Source of the DNA: a virus
Virus record (IMG/VR): IMGVR_UViG_3300003886_000002
Length of the DNA: 64,000 nt
Strand: one strand, 5' to 3'
Shown piece by piece: positions 36,702-46,970 of this stretch; positions within the stretch are counted from its first letter, which is position 1; each line of letters opens with the position of its first letter. The notes under the pieces are model-generated. The model was given only the letters and a program-made list of their open reading frames with translations, searched no databases and was not told the origin of the DNA. Position numbers and translations under genes: made by a program.

Positions 36702-37199
36702 ATGTCCTCACATGAGAATACGACAACGCTGACAGGGAACATCACCCGCGACCCAGAGATACTCTTCACCAATAGTGGCGCGGCTGTGTGTACCTTCGGT
36801 TTGGCAGTCAACCGTAGTTGGCGCAACAAAAAGACTAACGAATGGGAGGAGGCGACATCGTTCTTTGATGTGAAGGTCTGGAAGGATGTCGCCGAGAACG
36901 TAGCGAACTGTCTCCAAAAGGGGGACAGGGTCACACTTGTCGGGCGTATAGATCAAGAGACGTGGGAGGACAAGGACACAGGAGCTAACCGATCCAAGAT
37001 CGTGCTCGTGGCAGATGAGGTTGCGGTATCGCTACGGTGGGCCACTGTGCAGATAGTGAAGAATCCGCGTGCGGGGGAAGGCAAGGGGCAGGGGGGGTTT
37101 GGGGACTCCAAAACTCAGGGTTCAGGCTCTCAGGGCTGGACACAAAAGGGTGGAAGCGGATTCGGCCAAGGCCAAGCATCTGACGGAGACCCGTTCTGA
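36702..37199 (+). CDS. ssb: single-stranded DNA-binding protein
   Basis: LTGNITRDPE, FGLAVNR, KGDRV, Gly-rich tail ending DPF. Confidence 0.97.
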   Translation: MSSHENTTTLTGNITRDPEILFTNSGAAVCTFGLAVNRSWRNKKTNEWEEATSFFDVKVWKDVAENVANCLQKGDRVTLVGRIDQETWEDKDTGANRSKIVLVADEVAVSLRWATVQIVKNPRAGEGKGQGGFGDSKTQGSGSQGWTQKGGSGFGQGQASDGDPF

Positions 37200-37219
37200 T
37201 CGTCTGAGGAGATGGTACG

Positions 37220-37645
37220 TTGAAAAGAAGTTCCCCTATCCGTAGGGATACGGAGAAGTCCCGTGAATGGGCACGTAAGCGCACCCCGCTTCGTTCACGA
37301 TCCGGGAAACGCAAGAAGTTCATGGCGGAGGTCCGTGTCCCCGCGATACGTAAACTTGTAGAAGCGGGATGTGGATGTGAGATTGGTCCGGTACTGGCCA
37401 ACGCAGGGATGTATGAAGCCTTGCATTGCCGGGGGGTGATCGAGGGTTTGCACGAACGCAGGAAACGATCTGCGGGGGGGTCGCTAATCAACGAAGCGAA
37501 CTTGGTCCCATCCTGCAACTGGTGCAATGGGTTGATAGAGTCTGAACCAAACATGATACGTAGACTGACAGGGTCAATGTTTATCGTCTCAGAGGGGGAT
37601 GACGAGTGGGACAACCTAGGGAAACGGAACGATGATTCCCTGTGA
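37220..37645 (+). CDS. HNH-like protein
   Basis: CEIG...LHERRKRSAGGS...NLVPSCNWCN. Confidence 0.65.
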   Translation: MKRSSPIRRDTEKSREWARKRTPLRSRSGKRKKFMAEVRVPAIRKLVEAGCGCEIGPVLANAGMYEALHCRGVIEGLHERRKRSAGGSLINEANLVPSCNWCNGLIESEPNMIRRLTGSMFIVSEGDDEWDNLGKRNDDSL

Positions 37646-37675
37646 GCCCCTTCGGGCTGCAAGGAGGGAACTGAT

Positions 37676-38002
37676 ATGAGTAGCACATTCGCCATACAGG
37701 AAATAGCGATTGAACGTAAACGCATGTCCCAGGTTTCGGAATGGGATGATGAATGGGAAGACCAACAGAGGGTGCAGCAGTTGCTGCATGCTGCGTCTTG
37801 CTACCTGCGGGAACCACGCAACCGCCCGTCTATCCGATATAAGCCACCTGTGGATTGGCCATTCCGCAAAGACGTATGGGACCCACTAGTCTCCGCTACC
37901 CGCCCTGACACGGATGCACGGATAGTTGAGCTGGTGCGTGCCGCCGCGTTTATCTCTGCGGAGGTAGACCGCCTGAACCGCATCAGGAACTCGTCGCAAT
38001 AG
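37676..38002 (+). CDS. conserved phage hypothetical protein
   Basis: IAIERKR...WP...ELVRAAAFISAEVDRL. Confidence 0.7.
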   Translation: MSSTFAIQEIAIERKRMSQVSEWDDEWEDQQRVQQLLHAASCYLREPRNRPSIRYKPPVDWPFRKDVWDPLVSATRPDTDARIVELVRAAAFISAEVDRLNRIRNSSQ

Positions 38003-38191
38003 CGGCTACCAGGTATGGTGTCAGGCATGGCTGACAGTGATGAAACTAAGTCGAAGCAGCGTTGCCCCGACTGCAAAGGAACGGGGCTTGTTGACACAGA
38101 GATAGGAACTACTTGTTGTGACTGTCCCGTTGGTCGTATCAGGAAAGCAGCAGAGAGTGGCTTGGACTTCATGGACTGATGGGGTGCCCCT

Positions 38192-39028
38192 ATGAATGGG
38201 AAACTTCCTAAGTCGTTGTCTCCATCGTCTATCGACCTGTATCAACAATGTCCTCGGCGATTCTACTTTGAGAAAGTTGTCGGAGAGTATTCTCCGTCAG
38301 GCCCTGAGGCGCTCCTGGGGACTTTCGTGCACGCCATATTAGAAGAGCTGATGGGCAACCCCCCTGAGAAGCGGACACTTGATGTCGCTAGGGAATGTGC
38401 CCGAAGGGTTTGGCCTAAGACTGAGAACCATGGGGATTTCAAACGGCTCACACTCGATGCTGAATCCATCAGGGTGTTCAAATGGGATGCATGGCGTTCA
38501 ATAGAAACATATTTCACGATGGAAGACCTTGGTAAGGTTGAAGTAGTTGCGACAGAGCGGCGTGTTAAAGCCGAAGTTGCGGGCATCCCTATGTCAGGGA
38601 TCGTTGACCGTCTTGACCTTGAAGGCGATGATCTGATCGTCGCAGATTACAAGAACGGGAAGGTTCCTGTCCCTAAGTATCGTGGCTCTAAATGGAGGCA
38701 ACTGAATTACTACGCGAATCTCATTGAGGTTACTGAACATCAGCGCCCGTTAGAGGGCCGCCTCATTTTCACTGCTCACGGCCAAATCTTGACGACCAAG
38801 TTCACAGACGAGTCAATGGAAGAGGCACGTACGGTCCTAACGGATACGTGGAACGGGATGCATGCCGACTTTGATCTTGATGAGTGGGAGCCTAAGCCTC
38901 AACCTCTTTGCGGTTGGTGTGATGGGATAGGCCAATGTCCTGAGGGGTTAGCGAACACAAGAATGACCTACAAGAAAGGGCGACTTAAGAAGACTGCTCC
39001 CGCATATGAGGTTGTAGCAAACCTTTAG
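38192..39028 (+). CDS. PD-(D/E)XK RecB/Cas4-like exonuclease
   Basis: LSPSS..CPRR, GIVDRLD, DYKNG, QLNYY, CGWC...C. Confidence 0.9.
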   Translation: MNGKLPKSLSPSSIDLYQQCPRRFYFEKVVGEYSPSGPEALLGTFVHAILEELMGNPPEKRTLDVARECARRVWPKTENHGDFKRLTLDAESIRVFKWDAWRSIETYFTMEDLGKVEVVATERRVKAEVAGIPMSGIVDRLDLEGDDLIVADYKNGKVPVPKYRGSKWRQLNYYANLIEVTEHQRPLEGRLIFTAHGQILTTKFTDESMEEARTVLTDTWNGMHADFDLDEWEPKPQPLCGWCDGIGQCPEGLANTRMTYKKGRLKKTAPAYEVVANL

Positions 39029-39693
39029 GCTGTGTTGCGGGTGGCGTCGTAGGCTTCACGGACAGCTATCTGACGGTCGAATAAGTTCTCGAAATCTCCT
39101 CCGCCGTCGGTGTATGCATGCAGGTATGCATCTATGGATGTGACGACTTTGTAGAACTCTGCCCAATCTTCGACACGCCGCCCGGGGTGGCTTGCGTTCC
39201 ATGGTTGTGTGAACAGTACAGGCATGGTTTCTGCCCCCATATCTAAAAGGTTATAATTGTCTGGGGAGTCATCGAGGAATAGATCTGTAGGGAGTATCCC
39301 TTTGTCGGGGGAAATGACTGCCCCCTCTAGTGGGATGCTGTAATGGGCCAGCCACTTCAATGTCGCACAGCATACTTGTTTTTCTGCCCCTTTCACTGAG
39401 CGTGATGTGACTGCAATGAGATGGTGTCCTTGGTCAGAGAGCCTATTGATTACATCAAGGGACCCGGGGACAGGTTCACCTTCGATGAACATGAATCCTG
39501 CATTGATTGAGTCCCTGAGTTCTTTAGCAAATTCGGTGGAGGTCAAACCCCAGTCTTCGTAGAATTCCCATTTTACCGCCGGTGGGCATTGTTCTGTTCC
39601 CAAACAGCCCTGCTCGTCAACCATCCATTTGCGTAACGTAGCAACGAATGGGTACAGCACACCGTCGAGGTCTAAACCTATTTGTAGAGTCAT
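39025..39693 (-). CDS. 5'(3')-deoxyribonucleotidase, HAD family
   Basis: GLDLDGVL, VTSR, FLDDSPDN, QPWN. Confidence 0.85.
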   Translation of the reverse strand: MTLQIGLDLDGVLYPFVATLRKWMVDEQGCLGTEQCPPAVKWEFYEDWGLTSTEFAKELRDSINAGFMFIEGEPVPGSLDVINRLSDQGHHLIAVTSRSVKGAEKQVCCATLKWLAHYSIPLEGAVISPDKGILPTDLFLDDSPDNYNLLDMGAETMPVLFTQPWNASHPGRRVEDWAEFYKVVTSIDAYLHAYTDGGGDFENLFDRQIAVREAYDATRNTA

Positions 39694-39806
39694 GCACCTA
39701 ACCTATATCTAGAGTGCCCTTAGGATGCAACAATCTTGTAGGCTGGCGCCAGTAAAGGTAGCGGCCGCGGTGCGCCGACCGATAATCCATATGCAACACA
39801 ACAGGA

Positions 39807-40136
39807 GTGTCCATGCAGAATCAGACAGAACCCATCGTGGGGAGTTCCCCTGACGGGGCGGCACTGAACGATCCAGATGAACTATGTGATGCTGCGCGTG
39901 TGCTGCGTGATGTGTCTGCCGGGTCCGCATCTGTACATGATTCCGATGTGTGGACTCAAGAGTTCTGGGAGGATCTCAGCGTTGCGGAGACTCATGCCCA
40001 GGATGCCCTGGATGCCCTGTGGGAAGCGTCGTCTAGCGGTTCTGCATGTGCGTGTGGGGTTTGCATCACCCGTCTCGTCCTTGAGGTAGTGATGCCTGTG
40101 ATCACGGGACACGTGGAGTCCGTCACAGGAAGCTAG
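39807..40136 (+). CDS. hypothetical protein
   Basis: 109 aa, CACGVC, AGGAG RBS. Confidence 0.6.
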   Translation: MSMQNQTEPIVGSSPDGAALNDPDELCDAARVLRDVSAGSASVHDSDVWTQEFWEDLSVAETHAQDALDALWEASSSGSACACGVCITRLVLEVVMPVITGHVESVTGS

Positions 40137-40191
40137 TGTCACCTCGACCTGTTAGTATCGCATTCAATCTGATTCTTGTAGAGGCAGGGCA

Positions 40192-41589
40192 ATGACGGAT
40201 TTCGTTCCACCGAGTGATATCGACGCTGAGAACTCGGTGCTCGGGGCTATGTTGCTGAGCAGCGACGCTATAGAACGCGTCCAACGGATTTTAACCCCGG
40301 CAGATTTCTACGTCCCAAGTAATATCTGTATCTACGATGCGATTCTGCTGCTGTGGAATGATGGCAAAAAGGTGGATGCGGTAACGGTCGCAGATGTGCT
40401 CAGATCAGATGGGACTTTGGACCGTATAGGTGGCTCAGCCGCATTGGTGTCACTGATGGCGTCTACCCCTGCTATCTCATCTGCTGGTCGTTACGCTGAG
40501 ATCATTGCGAATAAGTCAATGTACCGGCAGGCGATTCGTGTAGCGGGGGACATTCGTCAAACTGCTGTGAGCCAGTCTATGGACCCTTCTGCTTTGATCG
40601 ACGAGGCTGTCAGGCAGTTGAAGGCTGCTCAGGTGAGTTTGGGGGACATGCCTTCTTCTGTATGGCGTATAGATGACTTCATAGATCAGCCTCCTGAGGA
40701 TACCCCTGGGTGGATCATCAAGGATGTGATCCGGAAGGGGTGGCGGGTCATGTTGGTGGCGTCGGAGGGATCAGGGAAAACTGTTCTGTTTCGCCAAATT
40801 GCGATATGTACTGCGCAGGGGATACACCCGTTTCTGCATACCCCTATGCCCCCTAGACGCACGTTGATTGTTGACTGTGAGAATCCGCAGGATTCAATTG
40901 TGGATGTTTGCCATCCCATTAGGCAAGAGGCTATGCGCCGAGTGGGGGATGACTATGACGCCGATAGGGCGTGGCTGTGGTGGCAGCCGCAGGGGATCAA
41001 CTTGCGGAACAGGTCAGATCGGATACGTTTGGAGACTGTGATCCAAAATGTGAACCCTGATTTGGTTGCTATCGGTCCTGTGTACAAGGTGTACCAGGTT
41101 GCCGCCCACGAGAACGACGAGCTTGCCGCGAGGGAAGTGATGTCCACTCTCGACGATTTGAGGACACGTTACGGCTTTGGGCTGATGCTTGAGCATCATG
41201 CCCCGAAGGGGACCGGGGGGAAGCGTGACATGATGCCTTACGGCACGTCGCTGTGGTTGCGGTGGCCAGAGTTGGGGATATCTATGGAACCTGTTGACGG
41301 CCCCGGGGGGGATATGACCCATATGAAGGTTGGGCGCTGGAGGGGTGACCGTCTGAGGAACGATTGGCCTATTGAACTTCACCATAGTGACATTTGGCCG
41401 TGGGAGGGGATTTATGAGACGGGAACCCATATGTCTACCCCATCACGAGCTACCCCCCAGGATTTCTCTGACCCTGCTGCATCTGAGCATGATTCTGCAT
41501 CAACTGATGAGCAGATAAGGTTGCTTCAGAGCACAGTGGAGGATAACGGGGTGGTGCGGGGGTACGGTCCGCGGGATGAACCGTTCTAA
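40192..41589 (+). CDS. replicative helicase-like protein (DnaB N-domain plus RecA-fold ATPase)
   Basis: PPSDIDAENSVLGAMLL, DFY, ASEGSGKT, DCEN, LEHH; ends DEPF. Confidence 0.85.
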   Translation: MTDFVPPSDIDAENSVLGAMLLSSDAIERVQRILTPADFYVPSNICIYDAILLLWNDGKKVDAVTVADVLRSDGTLDRIGGSAALVSLMASTPAISSAGRYAEIIANKSMYRQAIRVAGDIRQTAVSQSMDPSALIDEAVRQLKAAQVSLGDMPSSVWRIDDFIDQPPEDTPGWIIKDVIRKGWRVMLVASEGSGKTVLFRQIAICTAQGIHPFLHTPMPPRRTLIVDCENPQDSIVDVCHPIRQEAMRRVGDDYDADRAWLWWQPQGINLRNRSDRIRLETVIQNVNPDLVAIGPVYKVYQVAAHENDELAAREVMSTLDDLRTRYGFGLMLEHHAPKGTGGKRDMMPYGTSLWLRWPELGISMEPVDGPGGDMTHMKVGRWRGDRLRNDWPIELHHSDIWPWEGIYETGTHMSTPSRATPQDFSDPAASEHDSASTDEQIRLLQSTVEDNGVVRGYGPRDEPF

Positions 41590-41610
41590 CACTTTAGGAG
41601 GTATTGGCTT

Positions 41611-41970
41611 ATGTCGTTCGACACGTTACATGGCGATTTGTTCAAGGTTCTGCTGTCGCGGTGGCAGGAGATCTGTGACGCACAGCAAGTTGAGGTGGAG
41701 TTCGTGTGCCGTCAAGCTGCCACAGAGATGAGTGCTGTTGTGATGCAACACTTCAATGAGACCCTGATGCGGCACATGGGGGATTTACGGCACCGTGACG
41801 AGGGGGTGGCGTATGAGAAGGCTGCTCGTTGGCGTGCAGAGCGGCGCTGCGCGGAAGCGTATTCGATCATTAGGGCTGCTGGGCGAACTCCGCCACATCG
41901 TTGGGGGGAGTGGGAGCAGTCGGCAAGGGAGTGGCTGTCTACCCAGGAGTCGTCAGGTGTCTCGGGGTGA
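41611..41970 (+). CDS. hypothetical protein
   Basis: AGGAGG RBS, 119 aa. Confidence 0.65.
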   Translation: MSFDTLHGDLFKVLLSRWQEICDAQQVEVEFVCRQAATEMSAVVMQHFNETLMRHMGDLRHRDEGVAYEKAARWRAERRCAEAYSIIRAAGRTPPHRWGEWEQSAREWLSTQESSGVSG

Positions 41971-42146
41971 TGTAGGTTCTTGCGGTTCTGCCGCGCACAG
42001 GTACGGGGGGGACACGACACGTGGGGTTGAGTCCTGTTGACATGTTTTCCACGGGCAGTTTCCGTCTCTGCGTTCACACACCACGGTGCGCCATACGTGT
42101 CCTTCACGGAACTCTAGTGCTATTTCGGCACCGCATATTGAGTCGG

Positions 42147-42371
42147 TCACTGCTTGAGTCCTCCGACGAACGCGAGGTCTTGTTCCACGAGTTCCCGTAT
42201 CCTGTCTATGGCTTTTGGGTCATCCTGGCTTTGCGTGACGCTTTCCTCTACTAGGTTGCGGCACAAACCTGTGACGGTGTTGCCTTCGATCCGGGACAGG
42301 AGTTCAAGGAACCGATACGTTTCGGTGTCGATGCGAAAGTTGACTTGCTTGGTCTTTGTAGTATCCATCAT
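42147..42371 (-). CDS. ribbon-helix-helix DNA-binding protein
   Basis: KQVNFRIDTETYRFLELLSRIEGNTVTGLCR. Confidence 0.65.
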   Translation of the reverse strand: MMDTTKTKQVNFRIDTETYRFLELLSRIEGNTVTGLCRNLVEESVTQSQDDPKAIDRIRELVEQDLAFVGGLKQ

Positions 42372-42904
42372 GTTGCTAGAACCTACCATATGGGGGTGAC
42401 ACTCATCTTTTGGGTTGTGTGTTGCGGGGACGGAGATGCCTAAAGGCATCTAACAGTGCAGCAGGGAAGATCCTACACACATGTGGGGGGCTGCGCCAGG
42501 TGGGGCCGGGGTTCGGTTATTCCCACACCAGTTCCATGTGTTCGTAGGGGTCGTCGGGGTTAACCCCGTGTGCCGTGAATGTCATTCGAACATTCGTTTC
42601 TATGGCAGACGCTTCCGGTGCGTTGACTGTGCCACCTATGAGTCTTGTGATTGTTTCGTGGTGGGCTTCCAGGAGGTGGTGTGTCGTGTATGCCGCTATG
42701 AGAGGGTGGACGATGACCGTCTGGTTGGATGATAGGAAGTTTTCGATTTCCCAGGAACATCCTCTTTGCTGGCACGCGATGGTTACTGCGGCGGTGTCTC
42801 CCATCAGCAGCTGTGGCGATAGGCCCCCTGTCGATTTCATGGTCGAACCTCTTTTGGGTTTGGGTTGTAATGCAACTTCACTTTGCAGCCATTACCATTG
42901 GGGT

Positions 42905-43117
42905 ATGGACTGTGTTTGCAGTGTAGTTGGACTTAAGGAGATTGCTGAGTTGCTTGGGGTGGCGGCACGTACCCCTCATACTTGGGCGCATCGCGGGGTC
43001 CTCCCTCCACCTGACCATAGCAGCATTAATGGATATCGTGCATGGGATCGCGCTACGATCATTGCTTGGGCAGCGGAAACTGACCGTTTACCTGACTGTT
43101 TGCGCAAAGAGTTGTGA
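42905..43117 (+). CDS. HTH DNA-binding protein (MerR/excisionase-like)
   Basis: VVGLKEIAELLGVAARTPHTWAHRGVLPPPD. Confidence 0.75.
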   Translation: MDCVCSVVGLKEIAELLGVAARTPHTWAHRGVLPPPDHSSINGYRAWDRATIIAWAAETDRLPDCLRKEL

Positions 43118-43164
43118 CCTAACATGTTTCCGTGTCCTGTAGGGTCAAATAGTTTCGTTGGGTA

Positions 43165-43584
43165 GTGGAAGGGAGTGTTGTGGATACACGTTTGGCTGTA
43201 GGGGCTTTAGAGTTGGTGGTGTTGATTGCTGCCAGCTACAGGGTTACGCGTTTCTTGGTTGAGGATTCACTGTTCGGGTTCGGTCCTTCGTCTGAGTCGC
43301 GTATGAGTGTGCGGGTGGATCGTTTCGCATATTTCGATGCTACCGACAGTGAGGTGTTGTCTGGGGATCGTCTAGACGGGGAGGGTCGCACTTGGGTCCG
43401 TGAGAAGATTGGCGATTTGCTGACATGCGTTTTCTGTCTAGGGTTTTGGGTGAGTGCCGCAGTGTATATGGCGTTTATTCTGGCTACAGGTTCCTGGGGG
43501 GCTGCTGATCCTGTGGTGCACGGCATCTCTGTGTTTGCTGTGGCGGGTGGTCAAGCGTTTCTGAATTCTCGTCTCAATGCCTAA
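43165..43584 (+). CDS. DUF1360-like membrane protein
   Basis: ASYRVTRFLVEDS...GDLLTCVFCLGFW. Confidence 0.75.
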   Translation: MEGSVVDTRLAVGALELVVLIAASYRVTRFLVEDSLFGFGPSSESRMSVRVDRFAYFDATDSEVLSGDRLDGEGRTWVREKIGDLLTCVFCLGFWVSAAVYMAFILATGSWGAADPVVHGISVFAVAGGQAFLNSRLNA

Positions 43585-43951
43585 ACGGTTGTCTGCGCAG
43601 GAGCGGGCCTACCGTTCTGTGTCTGAGAAGGACTTTCAGGGGCAGATCATTGACCTTGCTGTAATGTATGGTTGGGCGTGGTGCCATTTACAGGATTCGC
43701 GTAAGATGGTGCGTAGAGGGGATACAACGTTTCTGGTTGGGGATGTGGGGGCGAAGGGGTGGCCTGATCTTGTTCTCGTTAGGGCACCGGAGGTCCTGTT
43801 TTGGGAGGTGAAGAAAGAGTTGGGGAAGACTACACCGGAGCAGGATGAGTGGCTGTTGCGGCTTTCAGAATGTGGTTTAGAGGCGCGGGTTGTGCGCCCT
43901 AGTGACTTTGACGATTATGTGTCTGTGCGTTTGAAGCGTCGAAAGTTTTGA
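43577..43951 (+). CDS. VRR-NUC nuclease
   Basis: SEKDFQ, GWPDLVL, EVK..GKTTPEQ..W. Confidence 0.9.
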   Translation: MPKRLSAQERAYRSVSEKDFQGQIIDLAVMYGWAWCHLQDSRKMVRRGDTTFLVGDVGAKGWPDLVLVRAPEVLFWEVKKELGKTTPEQDEWLLRLSECGLEARVVRPSDFDDYVSVRLKRRKF

Positions 43952-44098
43952 TGTTGGGAACCAGTTTTTGTGTCATGAATGCGCGTATCCCTTGGGCGAG
44001 CAGGTATGGGATTGTTTCTTGTGGGATGGTTACGGGTGTTTCGTTGTCGATGGCGAATGTGTAGTCACCGTTTGCGTCGGGTCCCTCTGTTTGGATGT

Positions 44099-45505
44099 TC
44101 ATATTTCTAGTTTATGCTGTAAAGGGAGTTGGGGGCGGGATCGTTTCTTGGTTCGGGGTCCGGGGTCGTGGGGGAGTTGTGGGACTGTGAGACCGTTTTG
44201 TCGAATGTATTCTTCTAAAGCTTCGACTCGTTGTTTGATTATGGTTACCCGATGCTCTTTCCACTGTCGCTGTTGAGCGTTTTGTGCATGTTTTTGGTAG
44301 TGCCCGGATTCTTCTGTACGCCATTTGGCTAGTTTGATGTAGTCTGTGGAGAGGTCTAGTCCTATTCCGTGTCGCCCTAGTGCGTTGGCTACCATGATGG
44401 TTGTGCCTGTTCCTGCGAATGGGTCGAGGATGACTGCTGGGCGGGTTGGGGGCTGGTTGGGTTGCCCTGTGTGCCAGCAGTCGCATTGGGTGCCGACGTT
44501 GGTGGTTTCTGTTTGGTGTCCGAGTGTGGACCGTTTTGTGCCGCCTGTAACAGTTCCGCCTGTGGCGGCGACGCGTTCGTTTGCACGTTGCTCACTGATG
44601 TCGTAGTTGACGTTGCTGCGGTCCTTTTGTACCAGGGGGCGTCGCCCTTCCCCGCAGGCGGTGCAGATCCCGCTTGGGGACCAGCCTTTGATGATGCGGT
44701 GGGGGAGTTCTTGGGGGAACGCTGCGTAGTGGTCGACGCCTAAATGTTGGGGGACGTGTAGTGGTTGGCTGGCGATTGACCATACGGAGCCGGGAAGTTT
44801 GCCGAGAGGGTTGTGTGTCAGGTCGTGTTCGATGGCGATGCAGGGATTGGAGGTTTGGTGTGCTTGTGTTGCAGACGATTTTTGTGCTTGTGCCGGGGGT
44901 GACGTGTAGGGTTCACGGATTTCGTCTATGGCACTGTAGTATCGCCCCTCTTTTGTGAGGTGGAACCATTGTTCGTGGCTGCGTCGCACCCGGTCGGTGA
45001 CAGGTTCGGGTAGACCGTTGCGTTTTCCCCACACTATTTCGGCTCGTAGAATCCATTGCTGCCCGTCGGGTGCGGCCGCGCCGTCGATGCATCCGATGGC
45101 GTATCGCCACGGGAGTCCCATGAGGGATTTGGGGCGCATGGGGGCGGTGATGTGTTGTGTGCGGGTTTGGTTTCTGTCACGGACCGATGGGGTTCCCACT
45201 AGAGTTGAGGAGCCGGTGCCGTTGTTGTTTGTTGCGTTGCTGCCTGCGTATTTGTCGCCCAAATTTATCCAAAGGTTGCCGGTTGGTTTGAGTACCCGCC
45301 AGCATTCTGTGGTGACGGTCCATAGGGCTTGTAGGAACGCGTCCGGTGTTGCTTCTGAGCCGATCTGCCCGTCGTAGTGCTCTCCGCCGTCTGTGTAGGA
45401 ACGTAAAGCGAAATACGGAGGCGATGTCACAATTAAGTCCACGGTGGCGTCGGCCAAAGGGATTTGGACTGCGTCGGCTTTCAAAAGTGACGTGGCGGCT
45501 GTCAT
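44099..45505 (-). CDS. N4-C/N6-A DNA methyltransferase
   Basis: VTSPPYF, INLGD, HYAAFP, ILDPFAGTGTT. Confidence 0.92.
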   Translation of the reverse strand: MTAATSLLKADAVQIPLADATVDLIVTSPPYFALRSYTDGGEHYDGQIGSEATPDAFLQALWTVTTECWRVLKPTGNLWINLGDKYAGSNATNNNGTGSSTLVGTPSVRDRNQTRTQHITAPMRPKSLMGLPWRYAIGCIDGAAAPDGQQWILRAEIVWGKRNGLPEPVTDRVRRSHEQWFHLTKEGRYYSAIDEIREPYTSPPAQAQKSSATQAHQTSNPCIAIEHDLTHNPLGKLPGSVWSIASQPLHVPQHLGVDHYAAFPQELPHRIIKGWSPSGICTACGEGRRPLVQKDRSNVNYDISEQRANERVAATGGTVTGGTKRSTLGHQTETTNVGTQCDCWHTGQPNQPPTRPAVILDPFAGTGTTIMVANALGRHGIGLDLSTDYIKLAKWRTEESGHYQKHAQNAQQRQWKEHRVTIIKQRVEALEEYIRQNGLTVPQLPHDPGPRTKKRSRPQLPLQHKLEI

Positions 45506-45945
45506 GTTTGTTGTTTCTTGTGTTTGGCAGCATTTTTGAGACGGTTTTTTTGTACACGTTGTTTATGGCATTGTCTGCATTTGCGGGATGTGGTGCCGTT
45601 GGAGCGTTTATCTGTGTAGGCGTCATGGAGGCTGTGTCCGTGTTTGCAGTGTGTTTGCTGTGCTTTGCTGCCTCGTTGTATGTTTTCGCGGGTGGTGACG
45701 GCTTCCAAATGTCGGGGGTTGACGCATCTGGGGTTGCGGCACAGGTGGTCGATGGTGAGTTTGTCAGGTATGGGTCCTATGAACAGTTGGTAGGAGAGTC
45801 TGTGGGCGTACTGTTTTTTACCGTCAGGTCCTGTGGCGCGTCCGTACCCTGATTGGTTTGTGTATCCACCCCATTCCCAACAGTTGGGGCCTGTACAGAT
45901 TTTTGACATGAATTTCGTGACCCACGGCTGCCGTACCTCATCCAT
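45502..45945 (-). CDS. HNH endonuclease
   Basis: CWEW..GYG..AHRLSY..DHLCRNPRCVNPRHLEAV..HCKHGH. Confidence 0.92.
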   Translation of the reverse strand: MDEVRQPWVTKFMSKICTGPNCWEWGGYTNQSGYGRATGPDGKKQYAHRLSYQLFIGPIPDKLTIDHLCRNPRCVNPRHLEAVTTRENIQRGSKAQQTHCKHGHSLHDAYTDKRSNGTTSRKCRQCHKQRVQKNRLKNAAKHKKQQT

Positions 45946-46162
45946 AGGGGCAGTCTAACCGTTACCGTGCGGGTTGTCGAGTTTGCCCCACGTTTTACGT
46001 GCCCTGCGTTCCGCACGTGCAGCTGTGAAGGCCACGCCACCCGTGACCGTCCCCCACGGGGTCACCCCCCCGGGGGGGCGATCCTGTATGACCCATGTGT
46101 ATCGAAAAAACTTTTTGGAAGGATCGTGCACAATTCGGATACGGTATTGGATACCCATGGGG

Positions 46163-46375
46163 CTACCGGTACAGGGGGTTGACGTCAGGAAGATCCGGGG
46201 CCACCTGTGCGACATACCCCCAGAGGGCGTCAACAAAATTTTCGTCACCAATCACAGACGGATCACCCCCGCAGGCGTTCACAATGATTTCCCCCAACCC
46301 CAAATCAGGGTACAGGTGTGCAGCCACATGCAACGCCGCAACGAAACGCCTGTACTGCCCGTCACTCACCACCAC
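46163..46375 (-). CDS. hypothetical protein
   Basis: 70 aa co-oriented with neighbours. Confidence 0.5.
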   Translation of the reverse strand: MVVSDGQYRRFVAALHVAAHLYPDLGLGEIIVNACGGDPSVIGDENFVDALWGYVAQVAPDLPDVNPLYR

Positions 46376-46378
46376 AAC

Positions 46379-46585
46379 TCAACCACCCTCAACCCCACCA
46401 TCCCCAGGTGCCCCCGCCTCAACAGGCGGCACCACCTCAACCATCCGATCAGCAACCTCCCCAGACAAATACTGCTCAAAAAGCAGGGCACGCCCAACAA
46501 TCACCTGCGCAGACTCCCGATCAGCAGACTCAACCGCCAAAGCCAAACAAGTCCTACGCATCTCATTCGTAATCTTATAAGCCAT
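46379..46585 (-). CDS. hypothetical protein
   Basis: 68 aa, MAYKITNEMRRTCLALAV. Confidence 0.55.
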   Translation of the reverse strand: MAYKITNEMRRTCLALAVESADRESAQVIVGRALLFEQYLSGEVADRMVEVVPPVEAGAPGDGGVEGG

Positions 46586-46815
46586 AAACCCAACCTACCC
46601 CAACCACAAACCCCAACACAACCAAACCACACCCGGCCCATACTATCACCACAAACGGCCGCCACACCCAACCCATACTATCACCACAAAACCCGGGACC
46701 CCACCCAACCCCCACCCGACCCCCACACCCCCGACACCAACACAAACCCACACCAACACATCAACACAAAACCCACAAAACCCACAAAACATGCAAAAAC
46801 ATGCAAAAACATGTC
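46586..46815. repeat. A/C-rich low-complexity tract with direct repeats
   Basis: CATACTATCACCACAAA x2, AAAACCCAC x2, CATGCAAAAA tandem repeat. Confidence 0.8.
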
Positions 46816-46920
46816 AACGCAGGTAGGGGGGTGTCAACAGCTGCTGTGTGTGGGTTTCGGTGCTCGGGAGCTGAACAATGCGTACGTGTGTTCGGTCTGG
46901 GTGGATGGTCGTTTTTGGTG

Positions 46921-46970
46921 CGAACGTTTGTTCGATGATCGAACGTTTGTTCGATGCGAACGTTTGTTCG
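46921..46970. promoter_or_regulatory. three tandem LexA/SOS boxes
   Basis: CGAACGTTTGTTCG at 46921, 46940 and 46957 matches CGAAC-N4-GTTCG. Confidence 0.75.

Noticed and set aside
38192-39028. CRISPR-associated Cas4
   Set aside because: A solo RecB-like nuclease in a replication module, which is common in phages.
42905-43117. Integration module
   Set aside because: Only an HTH protein; no integrase or att site was seen in the window.
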